A DNA stretch of 64,000 nt from positions 32,001-96,000 of IMG/VR virus record IMGVR_UViG_3300003323_000257, one strand, 5' to 3'. Positions within the stretch are counted from its first letter, which is position 1. Every line of letters starts with the position of its first letter. Below the pieces are notes generated by a model. That model was not told the origin of the DNA. It did not search any database and worked only from the letters and a program-made list of their open reading frames with translations. Positions 1-8,799 of the stretch are shown piece after piece. This stretch comes from a virus. Position numbers and translations under genes: made by a program.

Positions 1-146
1 GCCATAACAATCAACATCAGAAACAACGGTGGGCTAATTTACACAGCCTTGCAATCAACTGAGAAAATGAGCGAACACCGGGCGATCTGCAAGGCTGTTA
101 CTGAAGCTGCTGTTTGGTGTGGACGCCGATTTAAAGGACCTAACGA

Positions 147-722
147 ATGACTCAATCAAAACGATTAACCTCAATTAGCAAATTCATGAGTTACGTGCTG
201 AGGCACAAACCAGAATCTGTAGGCCTAAAGTTATCTCCAACTGGATGGGCAGATATCGATGAATTGGTAAAATGCGGTAACCAATCTGTTGTACATGGAC
301 AAACGTTCACCAAAGAGGACGTATTGGAAGTGGTACGCACGTGTGAAAAGCAACGCTATGCCTTGTCAGAAGACGGTTTGCTTATTCGTGCCAACCAAGG
401 GCACTCCACAGACGCCGTGGTTCTTGATCTTCCTATCGTTGTTCCTCCTGGCAGGCTTTACCATGGAACTGCTCTTCACCACTATGCCACAATATTGATT
501 GAAGGCATCCGTTGCATGAATCGGCACCACGTTCACCTTAGTTCTGATTACGATACTGCTCTTCAGGTAGGCCAGCGTCACGGAGAACCATGCGTATTGG
601 CTATCAATACTGCACGTATGGCCGCAGATGGTGTACTGTTCATGAAATCAGCTAACAGTGTATGGCTAACTGAATATGTCGATCCAAAATACATTCTAAA
701 ACCAATAAAGGAAAACGCATGA
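147..722 (+). CDS. kptA: RNA 2'-phosphotransferase (Tpt1/KptA family)
   Basis: Family motifs SKFMSYVLRH, GW..IDEL, IRANQGHS, LYHGT, HVHLS and NSVWLT are present in the expected order. Confidence 0.93.
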   Translation: MTQSKRLTSISKFMSYVLRHKPESVGLKLSPTGWADIDELVKCGNQSVVHGQTFTKEDVLEVVRTCEKQRYALSEDGLLIRANQGHSTDAVVLDLPIVVPPGRLYHGTALHHYATILIEGIRCMNRHHVHLSSDYDTALQVGQRHGEPCVLAINTARMAADGVLFMKSANSVWLTEYVDPKYILKPIKENA

Positions 723-1219
723 TTACAATCTACAATGATATGGACGGGGTCTATGTGGACTTTGATGCCTTCATCGACAACGAGTTAAGCCTCGGTGCTC
801 GCAAAGACGACGCCAGAATGTGGAAGGAACTACAGGCGATACCGAACGTTTATCAAAAGATGAAGCCGACTCCATATGCTCGCAAACTGTGGAAAGCAGT
901 AATGGGCACTGGACTGCGACGTAAGATGCTGACAGCGATTCCTCGCGTTACTTCCATCCCTAGTGCGGAAGAAGACAAACGTAATTGGGTGGCCTTCCAT
1001 AAAGATTCAGTATTCTGCGGCGAAACTCCAGAAGTTTTGATCGGCCCTTACTCCAGAGATAAATGGCGTCATTGCGAACCTGGAGACATCCTGATCGATG
1101 ATCGTGCGGACAACTGCGCTGCGTGGACCACAGCAGGTGGGTTCTCCATTCTGCATGAAGGTGATGTTGATAAGACTATCGAACGCCTAAACTTTTTGGT
1201 CAAACACATAGTAGGATAG
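719..1219 (+). CDS. HAD-superfamily 5'(3')-deoxyribonucleotidase-like protein
   Basis: N-terminal DMDGV (DxDGV) motif and C-terminal ILIDDRADN...W..AGG typical of phage NT5C-like enzymes. Confidence 0.8.
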   Translation: MITIYNDMDGVYVDFDAFIDNELSLGARKDDARMWKELQAIPNVYQKMKPTPYARKLWKAVMGTGLRRKMLTAIPRVTSIPSAEEDKRNWVAFHKDSVFCGETPEVLIGPYSRDKWRHCEPGDILIDDRADNCAAWTTAGGFSILHEGDVDKTIERLNFLVKHIVG

Positions 1220-1222
1220 AAC

Positions 1223-1254
1223 AAGAGGAGCTACATAGTGTAGCTCCTCTTTTC
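1223..1254 (+). terminator. Intrinsic terminator
   Basis: 13-bp inverted repeat aagaggagctaca-tag-tgtagctcctctt followed by ttt. Confidence 0.8.
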
Positions 1255-1262
1255 GTTTGCAC

Positions 1263-1270
1263 AGTAAATA
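1263..1270 (+). promoter_or_regulatory. Putative phage promoter, AGTAAATA motif
   Basis: Exact 8-mer recurring at 11 gene junctions; here it lies between a terminator and a GGAGG RBS. Confidence 0.65.
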
Positions 1271-1289
1271 TGATGTGAAAGGAGGATGT

Positions 1290-1591
1290 ATGACAGCACT
1301 TGAAATATTGGAATCAGCCTATTGTTTGCGGAGATTTCCTACATGATCCTTTACTACTCGTACTATAATTCCAAACAACAGGTTGCTGTGGAGCGATTGC
1401 TAGAGGACCTCGGCTTTTCGTGCCCAGTAGAAAATAATGTTCGTATGCTGATGGAAATGTCCAAAGGTAAGGCTAATCCGGTGCATGGTTTTGTATTCGT
1501 CCCTCCAGAGAGCCTACCGTTTGATCGCCCTATTACATCAGCCTGGGATTTCTTTGAATGGGTAAAACTTCACGGACTGGTGCCAACCTAA
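1290..1591 (+). pseudogene. Small N-terminally membrane-anchored protein, apparently frameshifted near 1305
   Basis: GGAGG at 1281-1285 precedes ATG 1290, whose frame stops after 18 codons. Adding one base at gaaata^ttgga gives MTALEIIGISLLFAEISYMILYY..., continuous with ORF 1322-1591. Confidence 0.45.
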
Positions 1592-1592
1592 A

Positions 1593-1865
1593 ATGCAAGT
1601 TCCAATCTTTTTATTCCTTAATGAGACCCTCGACGAAGTTGAGGCCAAGCTGCGTGCCGAAACACGTAAGCTAAACACCGACCACGAAACGATCTCGTTC
1701 ATTCTGTTCAGTCACAAAACTTCCAACACCGTGGCCAGTATGCAAGCTGCTTTGTATGATCTTCACCATCACGATTACGCGAAAGCTCTTGTTCTACTAG
1801 GCTATGCCTGGGAGCGTGTAGTAAAAGCACCTACAGGGAAAATACCACTAAGGAGCATCACATGA
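1593..1865 (+). CDS. Hypothetical protein
   Basis: 90-aa ORF tightly packed in the operon. Confidence 0.6.
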   Translation: MQVPIFLFLNETLDEVEAKLRAETRKLNTDHETISFILFSHKTSNTVASMQAALYDLHHHDYAKALVLLGYAWERVVKAPTGKIPLRSIT

Positions 1866-2215
1866 ACTGGAACTATATAGGGATCGACGACGACCCGCCT
1901 AAACGAACAAAACTACTGCTGCTGTTGCCAAATCAATTCGTTACGGTAGGTACTGCAAATCATCCTAACTTGGTTGCGTGGCAGCCATTGAATTTCGACA
2001 GCGACCTTGAATGGTTGCAGCAAATATTGCGAGGACTACCTGAACTGAAGATGATCGGATGCATTCGCAAAGATCCTTTTATTCTAAATGAATTAAAGAT
2101 CGCCCTTCTGCACTACGAAGAATCTAACCTTGCTGATTTCACTGACATCATTAGAGCATTGGACAAGAAAGCTCATAATGACGGTGTCCCATGCATCCCA
2201 CATTTCCATCGATGA
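1862..2215 (+). CDS. Hypothetical protein
   Basis: 117-aa ORF with ATGA overlap and upstream AGGAG. Confidence 0.65.
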   Translation: MNWNYIGIDDDPPKRTKLLLLLPNQFVTVGTANHPNLVAWQPLNFDSDLEWLQQILRGLPELKMIGCIRKDPFILNELKIALLHYEESNLADFTDIIRALDKKAHNDGVPCIPHFHR

Positions 2216-2222
2216 GATTAGT

Positions 2223-2495
2223 ATGCTATCCGATAAACAAGCCTTCTGGTTGTATCGCCATCGAGTTACATTGGCATGCGTATTTGCTACCGTAATCTGC
2301 CTAGTGGTGGTGTTACCAATAGTAGCGTTCATCTATTGGATATTTGGCGGAGAATTCCACCGCGGAGCATCATTCGGCATCTACATAATCTTTAACCTTT
2401 ATATCCTCATCGAGGTCTTCCGTATCGTGCTAAAGAAACACCAAGATATGTCAGAGAAGGCACGCCAAGAAGATGAGTTATTAAATCTTAAGTAA
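2223..2495 (+). CDS. Two-TM membrane protein
   Basis: Two hydrophobic segments (VTLACVFATVICLVVVLPIVAFIYWIF; FGIYIIFNLYILIEVF). Start moved to ATG 2223. Confidence 0.6.
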   Translation: MLSDKQAFWLYRHRVTLACVFATVICLVVVLPIVAFIYWIFGGEFHRGASFGIYIIFNLYILIEVFRIVLKKHQDMSEKARQEDELLNLK

Positions 2496-2498
2496 ATA
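2491..2498 (+). promoter_or_regulatory. Putative phage promoter, AGTAAATA motif
   Basis: Motif at gene junction upstream of a GAGGAG RBS. Confidence 0.6.
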
Positions 2499-2526
2499 TA
2501 GTGTTTCAATTCTCGAGGAGTAGAAG

Positions 2527-3060
2527 GTGACAATCAAGCAGGCGTACGAGGTCTACTCGCTTACAGGCGGTGGTTACAACAAGCGGCACCTCCATGGATA
2601 CGCGTGGACAAAAGCTGACGCAAAGGCGTTGGCGTTAGAGGTCTCACCTAAGCGTTATCACATAGGAGTGGTTCATCTGGTAGAAGTCAATGGGCGCTGG
2701 CATAGAGTTAATGTCCATCCAATCGATGAGGTTATCGGAAATGTAGAAGAGGCAGAGACCTCGAGAATCGAACTAGACAATCTACCTGCCCGGCCAATCC
2801 CTGGAATATGGATTCAACTCGAAACGTTTCAGCCTCAGCGTCTTGGCCTAAACATTGAGAAGGCTATTGACCTGATAGCCCTAAAATCTGAACAGCGTAC
2901 GTGTAGGCTCTATACCTTGCGCACAGGCGGATTGCTGCCTGTTACCTTTAAGATCGCAGACTTTCTAAAGTCCTCGAAACTGCAGGAGCAGATTTTCTTC
3001 TGGCTAAAGCACGAAATCGAATACCGAACATCACGAGGAGAACAAGATGACCCTGCCTGA
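2527..3060 (+). CDS. Hypothetical protein
   Basis: 177-aa ORF, GTG start after GAGGAG. Confidence 0.7.
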   Translation: MTIKQAYEVYSLTGGGYNKRHLHGYAWTKADAKALALEVSPKRYHIGVVHLVEVNGRWHRVNVHPIDEVIGNVEEAETSRIELDNLPARPIPGIWIQLETFQPQRLGLNIEKAIDLIALKSEQRTCRLYTLRTGGLLPVTFKIADFLKSSKLQEQIFFWLKHEIEYRTSRGEQDDPA

Positions 3061-3262
3061 AGTACTTGATGCAATCTTTGCGACTGACCATGCAATAAGC
3101 CGTCCAGCTCTGTGTGATGATCGTAATTCGTACATCACCTACGAAGGTGAACACTTGCCGATGAAGCTGCGGCGCTTCAACATGCCGCTCCAAACCGACT
3201 GGGTACCGTCTCCGAAAGAATTGATTGCAACTGATTGGTTTGTGGTGCCTATGGGAGACTAA
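3047..3262 (+). CDS. DUF2829 / Tad2-like putative immune-signal sponge
   Basis: MTLPEVLDAI...ISRP...W.PS..ELIATDWFVV matches the DUF2829 pattern (MxFxEALxAL...VAR...WxPSQxDxLAxDW), judged by eye. Confidence 0.65.
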   Translation: MTLPEVLDAIFATDHAISRPALCDDRNSYITYEGEHLPMKLRRFNMPLQTDWVPSPKELIATDWFVVPMGD

Positions 3263-3263
3263 C

Positions 3264-3395
3264 GTGTTGCGCAATGCCTTGATATACGTTGGGATGTTTC
3301 TTCTAGGGACAATAATACGATACCCAATCGAGCATCTTATATACGAGAAGGTCTGGCCTTTGACTATGGTTGCTAAATGGTTGGGACTTCACTGA
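3264..3395 (+). CDS. 43-aa small hydrophobic protein (not in ORF track)
   Basis: GTG start after GGGAG; MLRNALIYVGMFLLGTIIRYPIEHLIYEKVWPLTMVAKWLGLH fills the intergenic gap exactly. Confidence 0.55.
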   Translation: MLRNALIYVGMFLLGTIIRYPIEHLIYEKVWPLTMVAKWLGLH

Positions 3396-3402
3396 GTAAA
3401 TA
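3395..3402 (+). promoter_or_regulatory. Putative phage promoter, AGTAAATA motif
   Basis: Motif at gene junction upstream of 3423. Confidence 0.6.
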
Positions 3403-3422
3403 GAATTTTTAAAAGGACTTAT

Positions 3423-4007
3423 ATGGACAATATTTCTCAAAACTTTCAAGTTCAAATCATTCGATTTGAAGGTGACACTGCAGTCACAGTAGCCAAAGAC
3501 CTGGCAGCAGCCATCATTACATGGGAACGCGAAATTGATGATGACGAAGAAGATGAAGACGACAAGGACGACGGCTTCCTTGTTCCTGATCACGTCACGC
3601 TTGACGCGGCTGATGAAATCGAGGTGGAGGACTCAGAAGAGGAGCCTGAGGATGAAGACTCTGACGAAGACGACTCCGATGAGGACTCTGATGCAGACGA
3701 AGACGAGGATGACGAGAGCCAGTCTAAGAAATCCAAAGGCGAAGATGTTACTGGTACCCTGTACCTGACCACTACGGTTAACAAGGGAGTGCTCGCTGAT
3801 CTGCGTGACATCCAGGACAGTAACGAAATGCACAGGATTCGCTTTACCTATGGTAATAGCACGGTAGGTTCCATTACACGCGAGTTCACTGTTTATCCTG
3901 ACTTGTTCGTAAGCATGACCGAGGGTAATCGGAATGGATTCCCTGAGGAACAGCCCCTCGAGGTCACTGTATCTTTCGACGTCAACGATTCCGACATCAT
4001 CTACTAA
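3423..4007 (+). CDS. Beta-rich protein with a long internal acidic (D/E) loop
   Basis: About 60-residue D/E-rich insert ending in SKKSKG between two beta-strand-like segments. Confidence 0.75.
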   Translation: MDNISQNFQVQIIRFEGDTAVTVAKDLAAAIITWEREIDDDEEDEDDKDDGFLVPDHVTLDAADEIEVEDSEEEPEDEDSDEDDSDEDSDADEDEDDESQSKKSKGEDVTGTLYLTTTVNKGVLADLRDIQDSNEMHRIRFTYGNSTVGSITREFTVYPDLFVSMTEGNRNGFPEEQPLEVTVSFDVNDSDIIY

Positions 4008-4013
4008 TACCAA

Positions 4014-5702
4014 ATGGAAATTCCAATTACAGTAGCCTGCTATAAGGCAGCTAAAGCCAAAATGGGGGATGACCTCCCAACGTTATTCACCCACCGCAAG
4101 AAAGACGGCGACACCATTACGTTGCCTATCTACGATCTTGATCTGGACAAGCTAACGACTCTTACAGGATTCCTGAAATCACACAAGGATGATTCGTATT
4201 CCAAAATCGCCAAGCTGTGCAGGTCGCTAAAGGACCCGACCAACAAAAAGATCGAGGCCTTGGAGGAGCTACCTGCTTTGATTATTGGCTTCCTCAAGGC
4301 ACAGGACACCAAGACTCTTCATTCGTTGCACGCGGAGCTGCGTGGCGTGGCCTATCTTCCGATGAGTGTGAAGTTTCATCCGGAGGTACGTGAGGGTAAG
4401 TACCAGACGCGACGTGAAGCCTATGTAGAGTTCGAATACTGCTATAACTCTCGCCATGGCTACTCCACTGATTCGTTCACTGTGCGTAAACGTGATGCCT
4501 ATGGTACAGTCCCTGAATTGTTTAGGCGCCATAACCTGATGGCTCCTGATGAATCAATGGTCGAGGACTATGAGAAGATCAAGAAACGATATCTCAAATA
4601 CTCCGACATGCACGGCGAACAATTCGAGTGCCGCGGTAATGCGTTCGCCACTGGCGGGGCTCACTGGTGGCGAGAGGACGAGCTTGAACTGACCATCTTC
4701 GGAAAGCCTTCAAAAGGTGTGTTGGACACCGAACATGGCATAAACAAGTACAACAGAAACTACGCGAAGAATACAGTCCAATCCGAAATCTATGACAACT
4801 CCTGGTGTGCGCCGCCTGTACACCCGGTACTTCCAGTGTTCTCGTTGGTGCATCATCGCACTGTATGGGTAAACGTAGGTAACATGCGTCCTTACGAGTA
4901 CGATGACAAGGTTCAGGACAAGTTGATTCTTCCAGATACACACCGTCGGTTGGTCAACGCACTGGTCTCCAACCTAGAAGCCTTGCGTGATGAATCCGAA
5001 GGTAACGACAAATCAAAACTCATTAAAGCCAAGGCATCTTCATCTGTCATTCTGAATTACGGTCCGCCCGGTACAGGCAAGACTTTAACTGCTGAAGTTT
5101 ACGCTGAAACTATTGAGCGTCCTTTGTATGAGATTCAATGCGCACAAATCGGTAGTAATCCAGAGGACATCGAAAAGAATCTGTCAAAGATTCTGGAACG
5201 TTCCTTGCGATTGAAGATGCCGTTGCTGATTAATGAAGCTGACGCATTCGTTGGTGCACGTGGTAAATCAATCGAACAAGATGCTATCGTTGCTGTGTTC
5301 CTGCGCTTGCTGGAGTATCACACCGGTCTGGTATTCTTGACGACCAATCGTGACCAGGACATTGATGACGCTATCAAGTCCCGTTGTATCGCCATGATTG
5401 AATTCAAAGCGCCGGCACGTAAGGAACGCCTCAATCTGTGGAAAATGCAGCTCGAACAGTTCAACCTGGAACTCAGCAAACCTGATCTGCTGAAGGCCGT
5501 CAGAGCTTTCCCTACCATCGTAGGACGAGACATCCAAAATCTGATCAAGTTGACTTCTCGCGTGTGCAAGGCAACCAAGACAGAATTCTGTTTTGAGGAG
5601 CTGCGCTATAACGCAGTCTTCCGAGGCATCAAGGTTCTGACCGATGCAGAAATGGTTGCTGAGCGTGAAAAGGAAGAAGCCGCCAAAGAGGTGAAAGACT
5701 AA
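4014..5702 (+). CDS. AAA+ ATPase
   Basis: Walker A GPPGTGKT, Walker B-like LLINEAD, sensor FLTTNR, arginine finger IKSR. Confidence 0.9.
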   Translation: MEIPITVACYKAAKAKMGDDLPTLFTHRKKDGDTITLPIYDLDLDKLTTLTGFLKSHKDDSYSKIAKLCRSLKDPTNKKIEALEELPALIIGFLKAQDTKTLHSLHAELRGVAYLPMSVKFHPEVREGKYQTRREAYVEFEYCYNSRHGYSTDSFTVRKRDAYGTVPELFRRHNLMAPDESMVEDYEKIKKRYLKYSDMHGEQFECRGNAFATGGAHWWREDELELTIFGKPSKGVLDTEHGINKYNRNYAKNTVQSEIYDNSWCAPPVHPVLPVFSLVHHRTVWVNVGNMRPYEYDDKVQDKLILPDTHRRLVNALVSNLEALRDESEGNDKSKLIKAKASSSVILNYGPPGTGKTLTAEVYAETIERPLYEIQCAQIGSNPEDIEKNLSKILERSLRLKMPLLINEADAFVGARGKSIEQDAIVAVFLRLLEYHTGLVFLTTNRDQDIDDAIKSRCIAMIEFKAPARKERLNLWKMQLEQFNLELSKPDLLKAVRAFPTIVGRDIQNLIKLTSRVCKATKTEFCFEELRYNAVFRGIKVLTDAEMVAEREKEEAAKEVKD

Positions 5703-5712
5703 TCATGGTCAC

Positions 5713-6063
5713 GTGCAGAGGATTGCTGTGAAGACTTCTGAACCCTTGATCCTACATCCTGATCTTGGACAGGATCTTTTAGTCCTTCCACATAACAAAC
5801 GAGGGAACAAACTTCGCAAGAATGTGGCAACAGGTCGACTTAAAGTAAGCGAAGGGCATCTAGGCACTGTTCAAGGCATGACAATCAAACTTCCGCCTGC
5901 TCGCATACTAACCTGTAGCTTTTCTATAAGCAAGGAAGACTTGGACGGCCTTAATCCTTTTCGCACAACTATGGAGATCGTGAAATGGAAGAATCCAAAG
6001 AACGAAATCTTGAAGTTCAACAAGCGCAAGAAGCAGAAACGTCAGCGCACTGGCCGCAGGTAA
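5713..6063 (+). CDS. Hypothetical basic protein
   Basis: 116-aa ORF, K/R-rich C-terminus. Confidence 0.55.
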   Translation: MQRIAVKTSEPLILHPDLGQDLLVLPHNKRGNKLRKNVATGRLKVSEGHLGTVQGMTIKLPPARILTCSFSISKEDLDGLNPFRTTMEIVKWKNPKNEILKFNKRKKQKRQRTGRR

Positions 6064-6368
6064 CAAGTCGTCAGTGGTCTACTGAACAGGACGGGCCGCA
6101 CGATAGGCCTGTCGACATCTGGTACAACGGCAGTTGGGTGCCTGCGTTCTTCAAAGACATCAAGGCAGGAGATTTCTTTCTGATCTTGGATCATAACCTG
6201 GACCCAGGTAAATGCTTTCACGCAATGTCTGACTGCAAACGCTGCGGCACCGCCAATGGCCATTCAAACTTTATCATCATGAAGGGTATGGAGATTGTGC
6301 AGGCTCCGACCATTAAGGACATTACTGCATTAAACCTAGAGAATCACAAACCAAAGGAACTTAAATGA
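5985..6368 (+). CDS. Hypothetical protein
   Basis: 127-aa ORF with upstream GGAG. Confidence 0.6.
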   Translation: MEESKERNLEVQQAQEAETSAHWPQVTSRQWSTEQDGPHDRPVDIWYNGSWVPAFFKDIKAGDFFLILDHNLDPGKCFHAMSDCKRCGTANGHSNFIIMKGMEIVQAPTIKDITALNLENHKPKELK

Positions 6369-6859
6369 GTCAATTAAGTCAAGCTGTACAAGAGGCAATT
6401 CAGAAGGACCTTCCAGGTCTTGCCGCCGGAGAACTGAAGACCTTTATTGCAAAGGCGGAGCAGACCGAAAAAGAATTGACTGAAGCCAGGGCGCTTCTAG
6501 TAATTCGAAATAAGACCATCGCGGAGCAAACGGTTCAACTTGAGCAACATAAAGCGTTGAACGAGCGCCAGGCTGAACTGAATAAATATAGCAGCGAGCT
6601 TCAACAGAAAGAATTAGCGCTCCTGAAGCGTGAGGCCGTCCTGGAAGCAAAGATCGCAACAGCTGAACTTAATGGCGTCAAGGAAACTATGGATGCTTTC
6701 CTTAAGAACACCACTGTGCGCAAGACAGTCATTGCCGATGTATCGAAGCCTGTTGACGGCATGCCTTCTTCGCAATATGCCTCAGGCTCTGCAGGTACGC
6801 TGCAACGCAACTACGACGGCCGTCCTGATACCACAACCACCACGGAGACTGAAGAATGA
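6365..6859 (+). CDS. Coiled-coil hypothetical protein
   Basis: 164 aa, heptad-like E/Q/K/L segment, ATGA overlaps on both sides. Confidence 0.7.
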   Translation: MSQLSQAVQEAIQKDLPGLAAGELKTFIAKAEQTEKELTEARALLVIRNKTIAEQTVQLEQHKALNERQAELNKYSSELQQKELALLKREAVLEAKIATAELNGVKETMDAFLKNTTVRKTVIADVSKPVDGMPSSQYASGSAGTLQRNYDGRPDTTTTTETEE

Positions 6860-7191
6860 GCAATTCACTGACTCGATTGGATCCTAATGCCGTAAAGGCT
6901 ATGATCACCAGCACTACCTATCACCGCAGCCCTTCCGGTAAAGCCATCATCTGCGAGATCATGATTAATGGTGGATACTCCTGCATCGGCATCGGTCGCG
7001 TTATTGACATGGATAACGATAACGAAGAGATCGGAAAGCAAGCCGCACATGCCGAGGCTATGGAAGAAGTGTTTTCATATGCCGCTGTTGTAATGGCTGA
7101 ACGTATGCGCAATGACGAAGTTCCAAATGCCAATGTCGATCTACTGCAAGCCTATGCTAATACCCATGGGGGTCAACCCCGCCTCATCTAA
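6856..7191 (+). CDS. N4 Gp49/Sf6 gp66-family protein (Acb4-like putative sponge)
   Basis: I.S.TY...IICEI...GY...G.G..ID..N.NEEIGK..A...A matches the family pattern, judged by eye. Confidence 0.65.
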   Translation: MSNSLTRLDPNAVKAMITSTTYHRSPSGKAIICEIMINGGYSCIGIGRVIDMDNDNEEIGKQAAHAEAMEEVFSYAAVVMAERMRNDEVPNANVDLLQAYANTHGGQPRLI

Positions 7192-7205
7192 TCAGAAAGA
7201 ATAAA

Positions 7206-7712
7206 ATGCCTGCAAAGAAAATCAAAGCTCAAACCGAAACTGCTCACCTGAATGCTAATCCAAAGAACGCAGCACGCCTTCAGGAGTCGATTGGACAGGT
7301 TAAATCGAACAGTAAGCGTAAAACCGTCAGCTTGACGCCAGGTAGCATCGATATGGATGACCTGGCCCGACGAGTTGCGCGAATCCAAAGTGGTCCTATC
7401 ATTGGACAGACAAATGAAAAGTCAGTGGTCTCTCCTGCGTACGCGGCATCGGACATTCCAGGGAAAATGTCTCCTATTGATGGTGCATTTGAAGACCTGT
7501 TCTTCAATATGAATAATCTGGAGGCGGCAACGAGTGAACTTTTGTCCTCCATTAACTCTGTTCTTCTGTATCCAGCAACCGACGATGAAGCTAAATGCGG
7601 ACCTGATGAACCTACCGTATCTTCGGTGCACCAACAACTTCGCAACATCACTCAGCGAGTACGTAATGTTACGCAACGTTTAAACGACGCACGCGGAGCA
7701 GTCCAGCTGTAA
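7206..7712 (+). CDS. Hypothetical protein
   Basis: 168-aa ORF followed by a terminator. Confidence 0.7.
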   Translation: MPAKKIKAQTETAHLNANPKNAARLQESIGQVKSNSKRKTVSLTPGSIDMDDLARRVARIQSGPIIGQTNEKSVVSPAYAASDIPGKMSPIDGAFEDLFFNMNNLEAATSELLSSINSVLLYPATDDEAKCGPDEPTVSSVHQQLRNITQRVRNVTQRLNDARGAVQL

Positions 7713-7718
7713 TCAAAC

Positions 7719-7744
7719 AAGGGAGCCCAATTTGGGCTCCCTTT
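7719..7744 (+). terminator. Intrinsic terminator
   Basis: aagggagccc-aattt-gggctccctt inverted repeat followed by T. Confidence 0.75.
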
Positions 7745-7753
7745 GTCATTTGT

Positions 7754-7761
7754 AGTAAATA
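7754..7761 (+). promoter_or_regulatory. Putative phage promoter, AGTAAATA motif
   Basis: Motif just after a terminator and before an AGGAG RBS. Confidence 0.65.
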
Positions 7762-7782
7762 ATAGTGTTAATCATTTAGGAG

Positions 7783-8298
7783 ATGGTCATGAAGATGCTA
7801 TACGTGGTCCCTTACCTTCCAGGAGACATACAAGATGACAACCACTTTAGGGTCGAGCACCATCACTCCCTAGGACTGAGTGGCACTACCTGCATTCTCA
7901 GTGGTGGCCGCGAACGAGAAGTGCGATGTACCTCTAGGAAAGCTCTTAACTGGGAGATGCACAAGTGTGAAACCATCCTTGTGCACTTGAAGCCGTTACC
8001 AAAATCAGTAATCCTTAAATATCAGTTAAAGAATCTGGACACACTCGATATTTTGAAATGGCTCTCCAAATATCCTAGTTCTCTAGATGAATTGCGTAAA
8101 CAGATTCCTTTAAAGCCTTATGGTCAAGAACCTAACCCATTTTGTTCCATCATTGGTCCGTCGAAATTGATGCATAAGAAGTTGACTAAATTATGGAATC
8201 AAGACTTGATATGTTTTCGCACCAAGCATGGAAGAATTCTATACGAGTTGACTAACAAAGGTCGGTACACACTAAGTCAATTACTGGAGGTAAAATGA
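7783..8298 (+). CDS. Hypothetical protein (possible C-terminal winged helix)
   Basis: 171 aa; C-terminal ILYELTNKGR is a typical wHTH wing. Confidence 0.6.
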   Translation: MVMKMLYVVPYLPGDIQDDNHFRVEHHHSLGLSGTTCILSGGREREVRCTSRKALNWEMHKCETILVHLKPLPKSVILKYQLKNLDTLDILKWLSKYPSSLDELRKQIPLKPYGQEPNPFCSIIGPSKLMHKKLTKLWNQDLICFRTKHGRILYELTNKGRYTLSQLLEVK

Positions 8299-8798
8299 TC
8301 GAACTAAAACGTGTTCCATTTGTAGGGGATGAGCGCATCTTGAATATGGTAGATACAATCCGTCCACGTACCAAGATCAAGGTGGAGCATACCGCTGATG
8401 TATTCACAGGTAACATCGTTGTCATTGAAGGAACAGAATACAAAATTCGTTCAGTGAATCCTCACGGTCCTGTCTCCAAGGGCAACTGCTTCATTCGTGT
8501 TTCTCGCACCTCAAAAGAGAAACGTCTACAGGCGAAGGATCTGTGTGTCTACACGATCCTAAAGTTTCTTGCTGTTGCAAAGAAACCTGTGACGTGGTCT
8601 ATGGAAGTTCCAAAGGAAGATACCGTTGCCTATGCACTAACTGAGATAGATAGCACAAACGTTAAAGTTTTGCTCCGTAAGATGGCTAGCTTAAAAAGGC
8701 AAGGATACGTTAGCGGTTGTGCGTGTGGGTGTCACGGACGTTTTGAAATAACGGATCAAGGACATGCAGCATTAATTGAACTTCAAAACGAGATTTAA
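8295..8798 (+). CDS. Hypothetical protein with C-terminal wHTH and CxCxC motif
   Basis: KMASLKRQGYVSGCACGCHGRFEITDQG. Confidence 0.65.
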   Translation: MIELKRVPFVGDERILNMVDTIRPRTKIKVEHTADVFTGNIVVIEGTEYKIRSVNPHGPVSKGNCFIRVSRTSKEKRLQAKDLCVYTILKFLAVAKKPVTWSMEVPKEDTVAYALTEIDSTNVKVLLRKMASLKRQGYVSGCACGCHGRFEITDQGHAALIELQNEI

Positions 8799-8799
8799 T

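Noticed and set aside
1-146. End of an upstream gene
   Set aside because: Probably the 3' end of a CDS truncated by the window edge, but too short to assign a frame or product with confidence.
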